From the NCBI GenBank assembly GCA_964016885.1, contig OZ024740.1, positions 65,596,001-65,660,000 on the forward strand: DNA of 64,000 nt, read 5' to 3'. Below the pieces are notes generated by a model. The model ran no database searches, was not told where the DNA came from, and saw nothing but the letters and a program-made list of their open reading frames with translations. This document shows, one piece after another, positions 1 through 14,105 of this stretch; position 1 is the stretch's first letter, and each line of letters begins with the position of its first letter. This DNA is from Eledone cirrhosa (lineage: Eukaryota). Made by a program: the position numbers and the translations under genes.

Positions 1-82
1 GTGAAGTAACTGTTGTGTTACTACTTCTACCAAACTCGTCCCATGGACTGAGTGCTCTACCACTACGGATATTACCTTCCAG

Positions 83-84
<2 letters not shown>

Positions 85-170
<86 letters not shown>

Positions 171-180
171 ATATATATAT
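85..180. repeat. (CT)n/(TA)n microsatellite
   Basis: Seen directly in the sequence. Confidence 0.95.
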
Positions 181-1977
181 GAATATTATATGCATATTGC
201 CTAGAAATATTTCCTTATTATCTACATCATTTTCATCCCATGAAAAACATTTTAAAATTAAAATTAATATAAAATAAATCATATATATTTCAATTAACTA
301 GAGAGAGTTTTATAGGAAAACAGAAATGAAAAGATACCGATATACAGTAGAAAGGCTATTCTCAGATCAAACAAAATATACGTGTTCAAACTTAGTTGTT
401 TAAAGTTAATAGAAACGCCGTTTAAATACCAACGATTATAAACAGGGAAAGAGATCATTTGGAAACGCCAATATGCTATATGCAATTTATTATTACCTAA
501 TGCCCTAAATCAGTGTTCAAAATTTAAGCTGAATTTGTGATGGTGTGAAGTATCAACAATAAATATGTTAATATTAGTATCAACAATAAATATGTTAATA
601 TTGTAGAATCATAATAGATGGAAAATAAAGATTTACTGCTAAATAGGAAGGGGGGAGAATATTGAAAAATATCATTCGCATAGTAGGGAGTTCATCATCA
701 CCATCAACAACAGCAGCTGCAGAAACATCATCCTCTCAGTCATTTCATTATTATCATTATTTATTTTGTCACGCAGTATAGATGAAAAATGCACCGGAGT
801 ATTTAGTCATCTGATAAGTTACCACAAGGAAATCTGACTGATAATACTTTCCTTAAAATAAGCGCAGTTCCTTGTAAAACCGATGTTTGTATGACGCCAG
901 TATTGCATGGTATTATCAAAAGTTTTAAGAAGTCTTGGAACTTTCAAAGAGCTTGACCCTAATGGACCGATCACAACCGTTATCACATTCACATGACCCT
1001 CTCGCATTCCAAATAGTCTTGCCATCTCCACTTTCAATTCAGTGCACCTTTTAAACATCTGCTCTTGTAATATTCCTGTCATTTGGTATAGCTATATATA
1101 TGATCCGACAGTATTGGCTTCTTTGTGTTTTTGTTCAATACAACAAATTCCGATCAGCGATATTCTATCACTCTCCAAATAATAATCCCAGAATATTCTT
1201 GCTTTCCGATCCTCTTACATTACTTTATAAGCCACATGATTATGCCAATGCTGTATTATTTACTATTGGCATTTATTACATAACACCCAATGACCGAGTA
1301 AACAGAAATTATCATAGCGGTACTTGAATTCATTTTATGTAAGACTCTCACATCCACTTGCCAATGGGTTACCTTGTCACAATTCTTTCCACATACTTAA
1401 CTGAAATAATACCAGGTTTTCAGAGGTACGCCTCAAGTAACAGTGCTTAAATTATGTCCACGATGTTGTTTTATATGTTATTCAGTGTATTCTTTGGTTA
1501 ATCAGTTCCTCACAGCTGTTTCATTGCATTTATACCCATATCTTCTGCTGCATATTGCAACGATTCTTCGTCACTGTTTATCAATTATCCTACAAAAGTT
1601 CTCCTTTAAATCCTTATACAATAATCCACATTGATGATTCCACTAACTCCATTATTTCTTTCTATGTTCAATCTGTATTTTATTTGCTTTAGGGTGTAAC
1701 GCTCCATACACTGTCATTAACATTCTCCTCTTTTTATCAAACGTTTCAATTTCTACTTTAGTCTACCTTAGAATGAACGCACTGTATTTAACCACTGCAA
1801 CTGCTCATATATTCATTGCAATGATAATATTTCTTTAACTTTCCTAATTCTAAGTGTTATAGGGATGAGGGCAATGACAAATAGTAAGGGTGAAAACGAA
1901 TCACATTAGTCTTTTAATTTCTACTACTCCAAGGAATAGATTGCTCCAGTACAGCCTCTTATTCTGGCATAGTAATA

Positions 1978-2158
1978 TAATTGTTTCTACTTTTGGCACA
2001 GGGCCAGCAATTATCCAGTACATTACTGGTACTTTATTTTATCGAACCCGTAAGGATGAAAGGCAAAGTTAACCTTAGAGGGATTTGAACTCAGATCATA
2101 AATGGACGTAACTATGCTGGAAAGAATGTCCGACCCTCTACCGATACTGCCATTCACC
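1978..2158 (-). mobile_element. tRNA-derived SINE with target-site duplication
   Basis: The minus strand has A-box TGGCAGTATCGG, B-box GAGTTCAAATCC and the body GCCTTTCATCCTTACGGGTTCGATAAAATAAAGTACCAG. The direct repeat CTGGCATAGTAATATAAT flanks both sides. Seven more copies occur in the window. Confidence 0.9.
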
Positions 2159-2599
2159 TGGCATAGTAATATAATGGCACAACATATCACATGCTTTCGT
2201 AAGATTATTGCGGCCCATAGATATCTTAGCATTAGGAACAGCATCGTTCAAAGTGCGAAAAAATTGTTTTGAATTATTTTGAACAATTTATTCTCTTGGA
2301 ACGGCTTATATATATATTTACATCTATTATCTTGTTATAATTGAGTCGTTACTGTATATAATCCATTTTCCATATCATATGTTTCTTGATTAATACGTCA
2401 CGATCGGTCATATTCCGTTTTTTCCATTTCTTTCTAAACCATTGTTCGATTTTACTTACATCATTCCTTAACTGCAAACGAAATTTAGTAAAAAACACTA
2501 CACATGTTATTCCAAAGATCCCTTGCATGTGGAAAACTATCCAGAAAGCTAAAGGTAGGAATATGTTTTATATATGAAGGGGGAAGCATAGTAGATGCT

Positions 2600-3430
2600 A
2601 AAAACAACCCATCTGTCTAGATAAACGCATATATGAGCAAAGTCATAGAACGAATATTCAGAGGAAAATGGTCTTCTAATGATAACCATAGCTTTCGCAC
2701 GGTAGAAGTTGCCTTATGCAGCTATTGCAACATTATGACTGGGTGCTGATTCAAATTCTAGACTGTTCGAACGTGGATGTGATATATCTCGACTTTGCGA
2801 AGGTCTTTGACAAGGTTGACCATGGAATGATATGTCCCAATCTACATAGCATTGGCATAGTTGGAAAATTAGGTGAATGACTTCATGACTTCTTTAAAGA
2901 AAGAAAGCGGACTGTAGCAACAAACGGGAAAAGGAAATCTCAATGATATTGCGTTCTTCAGGGAAACACATTGGAACTACTACTGTGTGTATTGGCTCTC
3001 TCAGACATGCACTCTGTCAGACATTCATTAGCTATGCTGATGACACGAAGATAGAACAGCGACCCTTGAAACGGGCTAATGCTCTTTCTTATAACATGAT
3101 TTAGATAACATATAAAAATGATCAACAATATGCAATTTTATAACGGACACCTTCAAGCCTTCCGCTGTCAACCCACAAACAGGAGGTCATTACAACAAAG
3201 CTACATTGGACGAGAAGTAATATTAGTTCTCGTATTGAAGCCTATAGGTGACCTGGATATTGATATGAGTAATGGTGCATCGTTTCATGCAAACATCACC
3301 AAAATCATGCCAATGTGCAGACCACTGGTAGGTTGGATTCTAAGGACATTCAGGAGGAGATACTTGGAAACCAGGTTAGCCCCAAACCGACTGGAATATT
3401 GCTTTCTGCTGTTGTCGATCCACAATGTCA
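2600..3430 (+). pseudogene. Degenerate CR1/L2-type LINE reverse transcriptase
   Basis: Manual translation gives YLDFAKVFDKVDHG (~2784), a VLQG motif (~2953) and SYADDTK (~3030), with many stops and frameshifts. Confidence 0.8.
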
Positions 3431-3439
3431 AAATAACCA

Positions 3440-4335
3440 AAGAACATAATGCAATCCAGCGACAGTGCCCATTTAATTTGACCACCGGCAAGTTGCAGCT
3501 GTGCATCGAACCAATCCAACCTCTGAAAACGGGACCGATGCTATCTGCCTTGCAGACAGTCTGCAGGCATTGATGGTTAACACTTTTGATTGATCTAAAT
3601 TGATCAGAGCATCACGGAAGCCTGGTTTACACGCTACAATTTCTACGAAGTATCACAAGATGAGGAGGTCGTCGTGTATGGACCTGGTCGGCATTGTGGA
3701 AATTTGCACTTCCCCTACCACACATTCGCTAAAACCATGGCCCAAATCTTAAACTCTATGTTTATCAGGGTTATGGGGCTGAAATTATTTAAAGTAAGCC
3801 TCTTATTCTCGTCTCTCCTCATCAGAGTCACTATATCCCCGCTCACACAATTGGGATTATTCCCGTTCTGCGGCTAATTGCAGTAGAATGCTTCGAAAAA
3901 ATTGAAATACAAGTCTGACATTTCTGCGTAATCTTCTTAGGGCAGACCATTCAAACTGGCCATTAACAGCATTTAGCCTCTGTTGGGAAGAGTCGTGACA
4001 GGCAGTGGAGGTAGCAGCTGAAGTCCCCCATCATCCCCGACCCCCATTACCGAACATTTGAGAAAATGGCGAGGAAAGCCCAAACACATCTGCCTTGATG
4101 ATTCGATCAGCATGCGTTCATTTTAGACCATCAAAGACCGAATCATGGTTTTGTAACCACGCTGCACCTCCACTGCACGGATCCATCGAACATTTTTCGT
4201 TTGCTCGTTTTTTAGAATACGCGTGTCGCATTGAGGAAATGGTGTAATACTATTCTCGCCGCTAGCACGTCAGTTGCATTGCTGCTTAAAATCGCCTCAT
4301 CTAATCTTGCTATCAGCTCTCCAGCTTTTTTGTTT
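3440..4335 (-). pseudogene. Tx1-like LINE ORF2 fragment (linker and RT N-terminus)
   Basis: ELIARLDEAILSSNATDVLAARIVLHHF aligns with ELVDSVEETIRSGDGARVLASITVLGQF of the 20.6 kb ORF. Downstream NNFSPITLINIEFKI matches SNFRPIKLLNAEL. Confidence 0.75.
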
Positions 4336-4436
4336 ATTCCTAGCGCTCCTTCTTTATTGAAATATATCAGTGTAAATTTTATCCTGGTATTGTATACATA
4401 CATGCTAACACTGAATATTACAAACACTTACCTACA

Positions 4437-4530
<94 letters not shown>

Positions 4531-4531
4531 C

Positions 4532-4566
<35 letters not shown>

Positions 4567-4570
<4 letters not shown>

Positions 4571-4692
4571 AAAAAGTATGACCCCGACGGCAGAGCTCAA
4601 GCCGTTTCGACGGCTATTTCAGTCCTGATGCCGTCGGGGTCATACTTTTTCTATTACCCACTCTACTACCATAAGTATTGAGTACTCTGGTA
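4567..4692. repeat. Small foldback element with a perfect 23-bp inverted repeat
   Basis: GAAAAAGTATGACCCCGACGGCA (4570-4592) and its reverse complement (4629-4651). The flank is homologous, in reverse orientation, to 6720-6770. The element lies between (TA)n tracts. Confidence 0.8.
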
Positions 4693-5564
4693 TATATATA
4701 TATATACAGTGCAATTCATTGTCATATAGCGAAACACCGGAGAGTGCGAAGAATGCAATATATGATCGCAGGAGAAAATATTCAAATTTCATGTAATATT
4801 GAACATTTTATATTCAGGATATTTACAGCAAATTATGAACACGACATATACCAAACTTGACTTGTATGTTATTGAAATATTTTTCCAGAAGCATGTGGAA
4901 TATATGTCGTGCGTTAAATAGGATTACCTTCACACACACAACAGCTTCACGTATGGAAATATGCAAACAGAACAGACTTGTTTGATATTGCTATTGTTGA
5001 GAGAGTATTGTCATGCGATGTAAGAGTTAAATTCTAGTTCAATACGAGAACAACAGTCACCATATTACATCAGGGATTTTAATAGCTGAACATAGGTAAA
5101 TAAGTGTGGTTGGTAATTTGACGCAAGCATTCATGGAAATTATGTAAATTCATTTGAATATTCTGAGGTAAATCTAAGGAATACATACAGATTAATATTA
5201 TAACAACTCATGTACAGCTTTGACCAGAGTATATGTATTATACTCTAAATTCTTTAGACAGAAGCATAAAGTGAGAATTTAAAATCGGATATAGAAGTTT
5301 GTATTCGCATATATTAGAAAACCCATGATGTCAATTCCATTTATATAAGGTTGGGAAAATCTTTGCGTCTATCTTCTTCATTCCCACTATGCATACATAT
5401 ATACACATATTATAGAACGTGTTAATTGAACATGACTTCTGCAACTAACTTCTCAAAGGCTGTTCCAGCAGTTGTACTGCAGGACATCATGTAAATATTT
5501 CCAATGTAAATATGTGTATAGTGAATATGTATAAATATACGTTCATACTTACATAGACGAACAC

Positions 5565-5811
<247 letters not shown>

Positions 5812-5863
5812 GAGAGACGTAAAATAAGAAAATTATAGAATTAACTTACTTACTAAAATTTCA

Positions 5864-5943
5864 CTCCCAACTAATTAGTTTCTGAAATGGAATAAATATA
5901 TTTTCCGAAGAAGATATAGAGAAGCATTTCGTCGTCAGGGAAG
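5864..5943 (-). ncRNA. Type I hammerhead ribozyme
   Basis: CUUCC-CUGACGA-C GAAAUG...CAUUUC A-GAAAC UAAUUA GUU/GGGAG: stem I CUUCC/GGGAG, stem II GAAAUG/CAUUUC, palindromic stem III. Confidence 0.75.
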
Positions 5944-6384
5944 ACTATTTTCAGCTAAGTATCCAGGCAAAGCGTGGACTCTGGAAACTTACACAAAAAT
6001 AATTCAGTGGATAGAAAATAGCAAAGCGTGGACTGAATTCCTAGCCATTGAGAAAATCACTGCCTCTGCGTCGGTGGCAAATTCAAAAAGAATCAATCAC
6101 GTGACATCGAGGTCAGTCAGTGGAAAGTGGTTTGTTAATAAGACAGCGGCTGCCTGCTACCATAGCAGCAGTCTTGGCCAATATTGCTCGACAAATAATT
6201 TGGAGATAATTATAAAGAATTAATATCTAGTAACATATATATACATACAGATGCATATCAATGCTAGCAAATATATAGGTTTTGTCTTAGTAACTTTGTG
6301 GTTCAATGCATGGGGTTGCAGAACAATAATATGAGAGACGTAAAATAAGAAAATTATAAAATTAACTTACTTACTAAAATTTCA

Positions 6385-6464
6385 CTCTCAACTAATTAGT
6401 TTCTGAAATGGAATAAATATATTTTCCGAAGAAGATATAGAGAAGCATTTCGTCGTCAGGGAAG
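6385..6464 (-). ncRNA. Type I hammerhead ribozyme (second copy)
   Basis: Same core as 5864-5943. The stem I 3' strand is GAGAG, giving one mismatch. Confidence 0.7.
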
Positions 6465-6623
6465 ACTATTCTCAGCTAAGTATCCAGGCAAAGCGTGGAC
6501 TCTGGAAACTTACACAAAAATAATTCAGTGGATAGAAAATAGCAAAGCGTGGACTGAACTCCTAGCCATTGAGAAAATCACTGCCTCTGCGTCGGTGGCA
6601 AATTCAAAAAGAATCAATCACGT

Positions 6624-6682
<59 letters not shown>

Positions 6683-6699
6683 CAAAGAAAGTGTGGTAA

Positions 6700-6860
6700 G
6701 GTACCAGGTGGCCCATAACGCACCAGAGTATTCGATACTTAGGGTAGTTGAGTGGGGAATAGGAAAATAATCAGGACTCCGACGGCTGAGCTGCGGCCGT
6801 TTGGGATCTAGCTGTCGAAACGGCCGGAGCTCAGCCATCATGTCTCTGACTCTTTTCCTA
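6700..6860. repeat. Foldback element related to 4567-4692
   Basis: Hairpin GGCTGAGCT..CGGCCGTTT..AAACGGCCG..AGCTCAGCC, and a shared flank ACCAGAGTA..ATACTTA.GGTAGT.GAGTGGG.AATAG. Confidence 0.7.
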
Positions 6861-6885
6861 TATATATATATATATAAATATATTT

Positions 6886-7475
6886 TAAAGTGCGCAGAGA
6901 ACAAAAGACAGAAAAGGCAGTACAACAAATTATTATTAGTTTCACGCTTGTTCTTTTTTAATTCTACGTTGGTATTGAGTACCCTTTTCTCTTGGCCATC
7001 AAACATATACGGATATATCCAGTTTGGTCTTGTAGGATTGATGAGAACTACCTTCTCCAACAATTGTGTATGACGCAAAGTTCATATATACAAAACTTGA
7101 AAGAACCAGACTTGACACCAATGGTACCAAAAGATGTCATCGCTGCCTTGTTGAGAAATTTAAAATATTACAAGATGTGTCACCTCCGAAAAATAATTAT
7201 TTCATCTCAAGAAAACGTTTTAGAGGATACTGCATCACAAAAGTCAAATATTTGCTAGTTGGTAATATTCAGCAAATCCAACTTATTTTCAACCATATTA
7301 GTTTTGATTTATATACTTCCTTAATATCTCTACTCTTTGGTTTTAGCCACACCCATAATACAATAAAATTCTGTACTTGCGTACTACTTCTGTACTTCTG
7401 TACTAAAAAACAAGCGTGAAACTAATAATAATGTTTTGTACTGCCTTTTCTGTCTTTTGTTCTCTGCGCACTTTA
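6886..7475. mobile_element. ~590-bp element with ~65-bp terminal inverted repeats (MITE-like or truncated PLE with an inverted end)
   Basis: AAAGTGCGCAGAGAACAAAAGACAGAAAAGGCAGTAC...TTTCACGCTTGTT (6886-6951) is inverted at 7409-7475. Confidence 0.7.
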
Positions 7476-8249
7476 CAACTCCCCATCTTAATGAATATTA
7501 CCATCTCTCTCTATATATATATATACCACTTCATAATATCATACATCTGCTATAGCACGCGAATACTACACGTGCACGCTGTTTGCTATTCCAAGTTTAC
7601 ATCTTTGAGTTATTTCCTTTTGTTATAATACGTTTTTCGTAAACTAGCATTTGAGCACGATATAATTTTAACGGTATCTTCAAACTCGTCTATGCGCCTG
7701 ACGATTAGGTCCCAATTTTGATCCAGCTCACAATTTCGAGATAAGGCCAATATCTTGGCTTGAAACCTTAGGTAGCGCTTTTGTTCCGCGTAGGAAAATT
7801 AATAAATAATATAATATAACGTAACATATATATGTGTATGTGTATGTTTGTGTGTATATGCATGATATGTCGTTTGACCAGAGGCACAAAATAGCAGCAT
7901 ATAGAATTCGTTGAGGACGGAGAGAAAATCTTAATAATATTGAGCTTAATTTGCGAAATTCATAGTAGATATCTTCAATGGAAAGAAATAATCAAGTACG
8001 GGTTTCGCTATAACTTAGTCTTGTTTGGCCGTTAATCAATGCTAAAATCTGTTTCTATAATATGAAGTTTCTGAGCTTTTTACATTCCGGAATCTTCCAC
8101 CTAGAAGAGGAAAATAAATATGTAATCTAAAACCTATATTCTCTTACATAAACCTGCTACAGCTTTTAGGATTATTTCAACTAAAATATGTTTTTTTCGG
8201 ACTTCAACTACTACGAACCAACGTTAAATAGTTCATCGTGTGGAAAAAC

Positions 8250-8880
8250 AAAATATACCTTATATTCTATTCACTAAGGAGGGTATAATAAAACTGAATA
8301 CTTTAAGAATAAAACACTACGTTTTTATCCATCATACGCGTTGTTTCGTCTCCCAAATACTTAAAGTTATTATATTCTCAAAAAGCTTACATATCTGACA
8401 CAAATCTCTGTAATATATGCACCCAAAATTCTGCCAATCTTGTGTCATTGATTTTATTAATTAAAGTGTAACAGGATTTATTTAAAGAAGATAATAACCA
8501 TGTCACTATTCCTATTCAATAATGTAGAACTAGATATGACAATTTCCGAGGCTTCGGCTAAAGATACGTTTTATTCAACTCTGCAATATCCATACAGTTT
8601 TGCAGTGTAATTGATAGACCATTAAAGAGTGTATTTTATTTTAGATTTGCTTAAATTCCAGATGGAATATGTAAGGGAAATAGGCGTTCAATTTTCTAAT
8701 TCTGAAAGCATGTATGTGCGGATAATATTGTACTTTAAAAGAGTTAGACTAGGAGCCAGTCTAACAAATAACTCTAATATATGATTAGTCGCAGTACACT
8801 GATGTAGGACATTTTCCTCAAGAGAGTGACTATTAAATGGGAACTTATCGGGTGCGGTAGAATTATTATGAATAATCCTT
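8250..8880 (-). pseudogene. Possible very old Penelope-like RT relic
   Basis: Frameshifted IIILP-(A)DK-like (~8850), RPI-like (~8615) and RYxDD-like (~8330) motifs in the expected order. The evidence is weak. Confidence 0.3.
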
Positions 8881-9194
8881 TATATATATTAGATTTAATA
8901 TCAGTGTGGGTAGATTTATAAAGATTAGTATTAATTTCCACCTCATCATTAGATTGACTATATAAAATATTAATTTCGTTATCTTGATAGTTTACTTGAT
9001 CTATCAATATGCATATTGATTTTTCTTAGGATATTGTAGAATATATAATCAGCTGAGTAGTGGTAGTTTAAAATGAAGTTTAACAGTATTTTATGATTTA
9101 TTACATGATGCTCTATATGCTCTTGGGGGATATGTTTAATAAGTATATAAAAAAACAGTTTAAACAGTTTACTTATATCAAGTCTATGAAGAAA

Positions 9195-10035
9195 ACAAAG
9201 TGTATGCTTCGTTTGTGGACCTCAACATGGCATACAAACGTGGATATTTCTGCAGGAGAATGGGATCGATGGACAGCTTCTTGTAGCCATGATATCACTC
9301 TACTAGAATTTGTGGTAGGATAAATAGCTCTACATCAAAACCATTCAATATGGGGGTCGGCCTCCGGCAAGTGTACATACTCTCAACTATCCTCTTTATA
9401 ATCTTCACGAACAGAATAGACATGCGCAGAAGTTTTTCAATTGGTATAGGACTGGCATGTTTACAAATAGTCAGATGAAATTTGCTGACAATTAGGGCTT
9501 AACTTCCCAGTTATCTGGGGTCATGGATTTTGAGTAATGACCGAATGAAACAATCGCGAATAATAGCGGCCGAACTGTTTTTTTTTTTTTTACAAATGAT
9601 TATGGACTAACGTTACTCTATTAAGTAAGTGGCTAGATTAGAGAGGCGCTCCAGGTAGAGCCACTAATATTTTGATTTGAGAGCTGATAGAATGTCTCAG
9701 GAACGAATTGCTGGACAGATTTAATGGACAAAACCAAACCGAGGGAAATCTAAAGGCAAACGACCGGTGAGATGATTGGATAGCAACCTTAATCTCGGTG
9801 TGTTTCTTTTGGACATCTTGTCGGATCAATTGGAGACGGGTTCTTCTGACATGATCCACTTGAAGGAATGTTTGAAGTCTGCCCTGACGAAGAAGAAGAA
9901 GAAGAAGAAGAAGAAGAAGAAGAAGAAGAAGAAGAAGAAGAAGAAGAAGAAGAAGAAGACGAAGAAGAAGAAGAAGAAGAAGAAGAAGAAGAAGAAGAAG
10001 AAGAAGAAGAAGAAGAAGAAGAAGAAGAAGAAGAC
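9195..10035 (+). mobile_element. Degenerate RTE-type LINE 3' portion ending in (GAA)n
   Basis: YASFVDLNMAY (~9203), GVGLRQVYILSTILFIIF (~9353), FAD (~9481) and a GK.KGKRPVR*LD-like C-terminus (~9742), followed by a (GAA)n tract at 9888-10035. Confidence 0.65.
9888..10035. repeat. (GAA)n microsatellite
   Basis: Seen directly; it explains the poly-E/K/L/F ORFs. Confidence 0.97.
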
Positions 10036-12074
10036 GACGAAGGGTCTTGATGAAATAATATCGCACGGTACCAACTAATTTAATGAAGTATATATTCCCC
10101 CTTTAAAAGAAAGAGGAGAAGAAGAAGAAGGTATATCTTATGATACTTAGACTCCATATGTTAAGTATCTTTTTATCTTCGATTTTACTGCTTAGCAAGG
10201 AAAGGTATATGTGGTTTAGGATTACATTTTTTCCGTACTGTTAAAGATGAGAAGTCCAAAAGTTCATATTCATTGTAGGATTGAATTTTACGGATACTCT
10301 AGTTGGGTCATATATGGTGAAACTTCAACATCGATTAATGTAAATCTAGCAGTGAAAATTATATTAATTTCTTGTTTATTTAGGTGAGGAAATGAAAGGC
10401 TTTATTGCGAAGAATAGTAGAAATAAATCCGTAGGGATTATTAATGGTACACTGCAAGAATTTAAGTTGTTCATTATCGTTAATGTCAACAAAGCATTTG
10501 AATATATCACTAGTTTTTTCTCACATCGCGAAGGTCTCCTTTTCAACTTAAAGCTTTCATTTTACTACATTTCTGAGGAGATAGAAGTCCTGGATTTCCC
10601 TCTTTCCCACGCTATTGTAACAATTTGCTAAACCCGTGTAATGTATGTTTTTCAGCTGGTGTATCAGCGTATGAAATTTTCCTCTTTTCATCACAGCCTT
10701 CTTTCAGAAAAATGCAACATAATTTGAAAGTTACATCCATTTATTCCATTGTTCCGTCATAAAAAACTTGCTTGTTAATCAAATGTTGTAGATTAGAAGC
10801 CAGAACGTCTGGAATTACAGCAAATGTGTTTCGGTTTTTTCACCTCTGAAATGAGCCTACACATATAACGTTGATTTCTTGAGGAAACAACTTATACTCT
10901 TCTATGAAACCTTATCAAAGAAAGTCTTAACACCATTTTGGTATACTCAGCATTTTGTGTGTGTGTAAATAATAATACCCATTGAAATTTCGGCTTTCAG
11001 CATAGTTCTTCTATTGAAAATCAAAACTAGAGGTGATTTGTGCCATAGATACAACTCGAAAATATTACAGCATAATACGTATTCAATAATCTGGTGCTTT
11101 AATAGTCATATATTTATTACCAAGGAAATTAACAGATTTGTAAGAAAAAACATTGACAAGAAAGGATATCTGGTATATTATACCTCTGTTCTTTATTTCA
11201 TATAATTCTAGCCATCTGGATTGGCTTGTGACAAGGGCTATTCTATTTCACTTTTACACTTTTAACATTTCTGTCGCTGATTCGACCCGCCCCATACCCC
11301 TCTCTTTGCATTGATATTGTAATTTATGTTGGCATCTAATTTTTAACTGATTGCTTAATTTGTAACTGATTGCATATTCATGTCTCTTCTCGCTGATCAT
11401 TCAAGCAAAAAATGGATATTAACTTGGGAATATTTATTTCTCAGCACACGCCCAGCCGTATTTCTAATCAAATAAACAGTATCTTGATTCATTAAGGAAG
11501 AAATTCGAAGGAATTAATAAAAATAATTATTATTTCACTTCAAAGATATTAACTTAAAATATGTTGAAAGTTGCGAATTTAAAACGGAAGCCTTTACGAA
11601 TATGGGATGTGTTTTTTTTTTATAAAACCATAAACGGTTTTAGTCAGGTGAGTACTAAAATCCTTATATAGCATAATTTATGGTAAATGAGATTATGTGT
11701 ACCTACGTTAGTACAGTGATACAATCAAATTGCCAACCATATGCTAATGAATGCGTAATTTGGAATAGAATTATTGTAACGATGTCTGCCGCTAATGACG
11801 TGTTGTGACTTCTGTATATCAAGAAATAGAGGAGGAATGTATTACTTAAAAAAACAATTTTCTTTTCTGTCAATATTCCAATATCTTAATTTCACAAATA
11901 GCGTGTTTCGAAGTGTTATATGATTTTGAAAAACTAGACTTGTTTTTGTTCGGTGTCATTCTTATTTTCCTCCGGTCTGCCATACTATTTCTTCTAACTT
12001 TCAATCTATCGTTTAATTATCGACTACATCCGAAACATTCAGTCATATTGCCTACTATATCAAGCGTTAAATTA

Positions 12075-12297
12075 ATAATGATTTCTGATATAGGGACAGG
12101 GTCAGCAATTTGAAATGGGAGGCAAGTCGGTTAAATCGATTCCCAGTGCATTACTGGCACTTTATTTTATCGACCCCATTAAGATAAAAGGCAAAGTTAA
12201 GCTCGAATGGATTTGACGTCAAACTGTAAAGGGAAGTAGCTCTATGCCACAAATCATGTTGTCCAACGCCCAACCTATACTGCCAAACTACTGCCCT
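12075..12297 (-). mobile_element. tRNA-derived SINE, older and longer variant
   Basis: CTTTATTTTATCGACCCC..AAAGGCAAAGTTAA..GGATTTGA..ACTGCCAA, homologous to the other copies. Confidence 0.8.
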
Positions 12298-12455
12298 GCA
12301 TTACTCTAATAATACAATTAGTTTACTGAATTGTCCTTTAGTGATACTTTTCTTTCTAGAATTTTCGAACACAGACGCAAAGACACACACACACACACAC
12401 ACATACATATGTATATATATATATATATATGTAAGTATATATATATATATATATG

Positions 12456-12509
<54 letters not shown>

Positions 12510-12514
<5 letters not shown>

Positions 12515-12625
12515 ATATTGTTTCTGCTTTAGGCACAAGGCCAGCAATTACCCAGTACATTACTGGTACTTTATTTTGTCGACTCCGTAAGGATGAAAGG
12601 CAAAGTTAACCTCGGCGGGATTTGG
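12510..12625 (-). mobile_element. 5'-truncated SINE copy
   Basis: TTGTTTCTGCTTTAGGCACAAGGCCAGCAATT...GGCAAAGTTAACCTCGGCGGGATTTG. Confidence 0.85.
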
Positions 12626-12663
12626 TAATAATAATGAATGTTAAGACTAAAATCCAAAGAGGG

Positions 12664-12722
12664 CTCGTTAAGGGTGAAAGCAGCGATTCTTTGCTTAACA
12701 TTTAATCTGTTATTTTAATAAT
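12664..12722 (+). repeat. Isolated terminus of the PLE repeat seen at 34620-34670 and 63650-63710
   Basis: Shares CGTTAAGGGTGAAAGCAGCGATTCTTT..TTTAATCTGTTATTTTAATA and abuts (TA)n. Confidence 0.75.
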
Positions 12723-12725
12723 TAA

Positions 12726-12772
<47 letters not shown>

Positions 12773-12949
12773 GTATATATGTGCGTTTGTATGATATGCA
12801 TATATAAATACATGGTGGCTGCCAACTCGTTTTCGAGTACGGCCACTACTTTATATCCATGTAGGAGAACCCCTACCGAAGCGCTGAACGAGTGTGACTT
12901 TTTAGTCCAGCCACCGACTTGAAAACTCTGCTACAAACACTACACTTGT

Positions 12950-13420
12950 GACAATTATTGACACATAGTGTTGGGCCCATGGTACCATGTGAGGACAAGT
13001 GCAGAGAGATCTCCAGATATAAAGCAATGCCTGTGCCGTGAAGCTTTTATAGTGAGCAAAGGCACTGCACAAATCCAGTCCCACTCTCTTAACCAAGATG
13101 ATATTTACCAAAAAGAAGAACAAGTCAACATCATTGGATACCATCAGGGTTGCAGGTGTTATATCAGAGTTTTCCTTCTCCTAGAATTCTGCCTTGACAA
13201 AGGCTAAGGGGTCATCTCTCCCGGTGATTTTGGATGGCCATTGACTCTTAAGAGCTCCTTTGCCCTTTGACAGGTTTTGTTTTTAGTCCTGCAGGATGTC
13301 CAAAGTCACCCTCCTCACCAAGAAACCTTGGTGGGGTTGCCAGTTTAGTCGCCAACGACCCGACCATGAGACAGGTTGTACTGGGATACATGTTACCAGT
13401 AGCACCAACTGGTGACCTGA
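12950..13420 (-). mobile_element. Probable RTE-family 5' UTR or RTE-related interspersed repeat relic
   Basis: GC-richer island containing GGCGACTAAACTGGCAACC (minus strand) and AGTTTTCCTTCTCCTAGA, motifs recalled from RTE-related repeats and not verified. Confidence 0.35.
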
Positions 13421-14071
13421 CATAAATACATACGTACATACATACATACACACATACATACATACACACATACATATATACATGCATACATACGTACATA
13501 GAAAGTGAGCAGTATACATATATTTCTATTTTATTTCTGTATATAAACTAGACTACAATATTTCTTTCCTTATCAAGACTTTACTTTAATTGTTATTACA
13601 GTATTCTTTAGTATCGTTTCACAATGTTCAAATAAAATTCTTTCAAATTCAAGGATGTGGAATGGTAATTACCATAGACTCTTATCATAGTTTACTCAAC
13701 CATTAAATTTCGTTTTCTCGCAACGGTGTGTCTTTATCTAGTATTGATCAGTATTCTAATACGTACGGCTACTTTTAATATCCTCTGATCTCTAAAATTG
13801 ATCTGAAATGTGTCTGTTTTCCAGTATTCATGCATATATATTTGATGACGGTTCGAAAATAGTCCACATCCACTCTTGTAACTCTTATTATACATGTGAA
13901 TTGGAAATTGTCTCTATATTATTAAATGCAAGTTAGGCCCACATCATGTTATTGACATTTCCGTATCATATAACCGTAGGGTTTTATTGAGTCCCTCGTC
14001 CTTAATCTCTCTTCCCAACTCTCTCACCCATTTCTCTCTCTACCTCTCTCTCTCTGTCTTCCCTTCTCTCT

Positions 14072-14105
<34 letters not shown>

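Noticed and set aside
549-602. 27-bp direct repeat as a CRISPR-like array
   Set aside because: It has only two adjacent copies and no spacer, in a eukaryotic context. It is a simple tandem duplication.
780-1800. Possible ancient LINE relic on the minus strand
   Set aside because: There are only vague motif similarities, and I could not reconstruct an ordered RT motif set.
9638-10078. Poly-E/K/L/F ORFs
   Set aside because: They are translations of the (GAA)n microsatellite.
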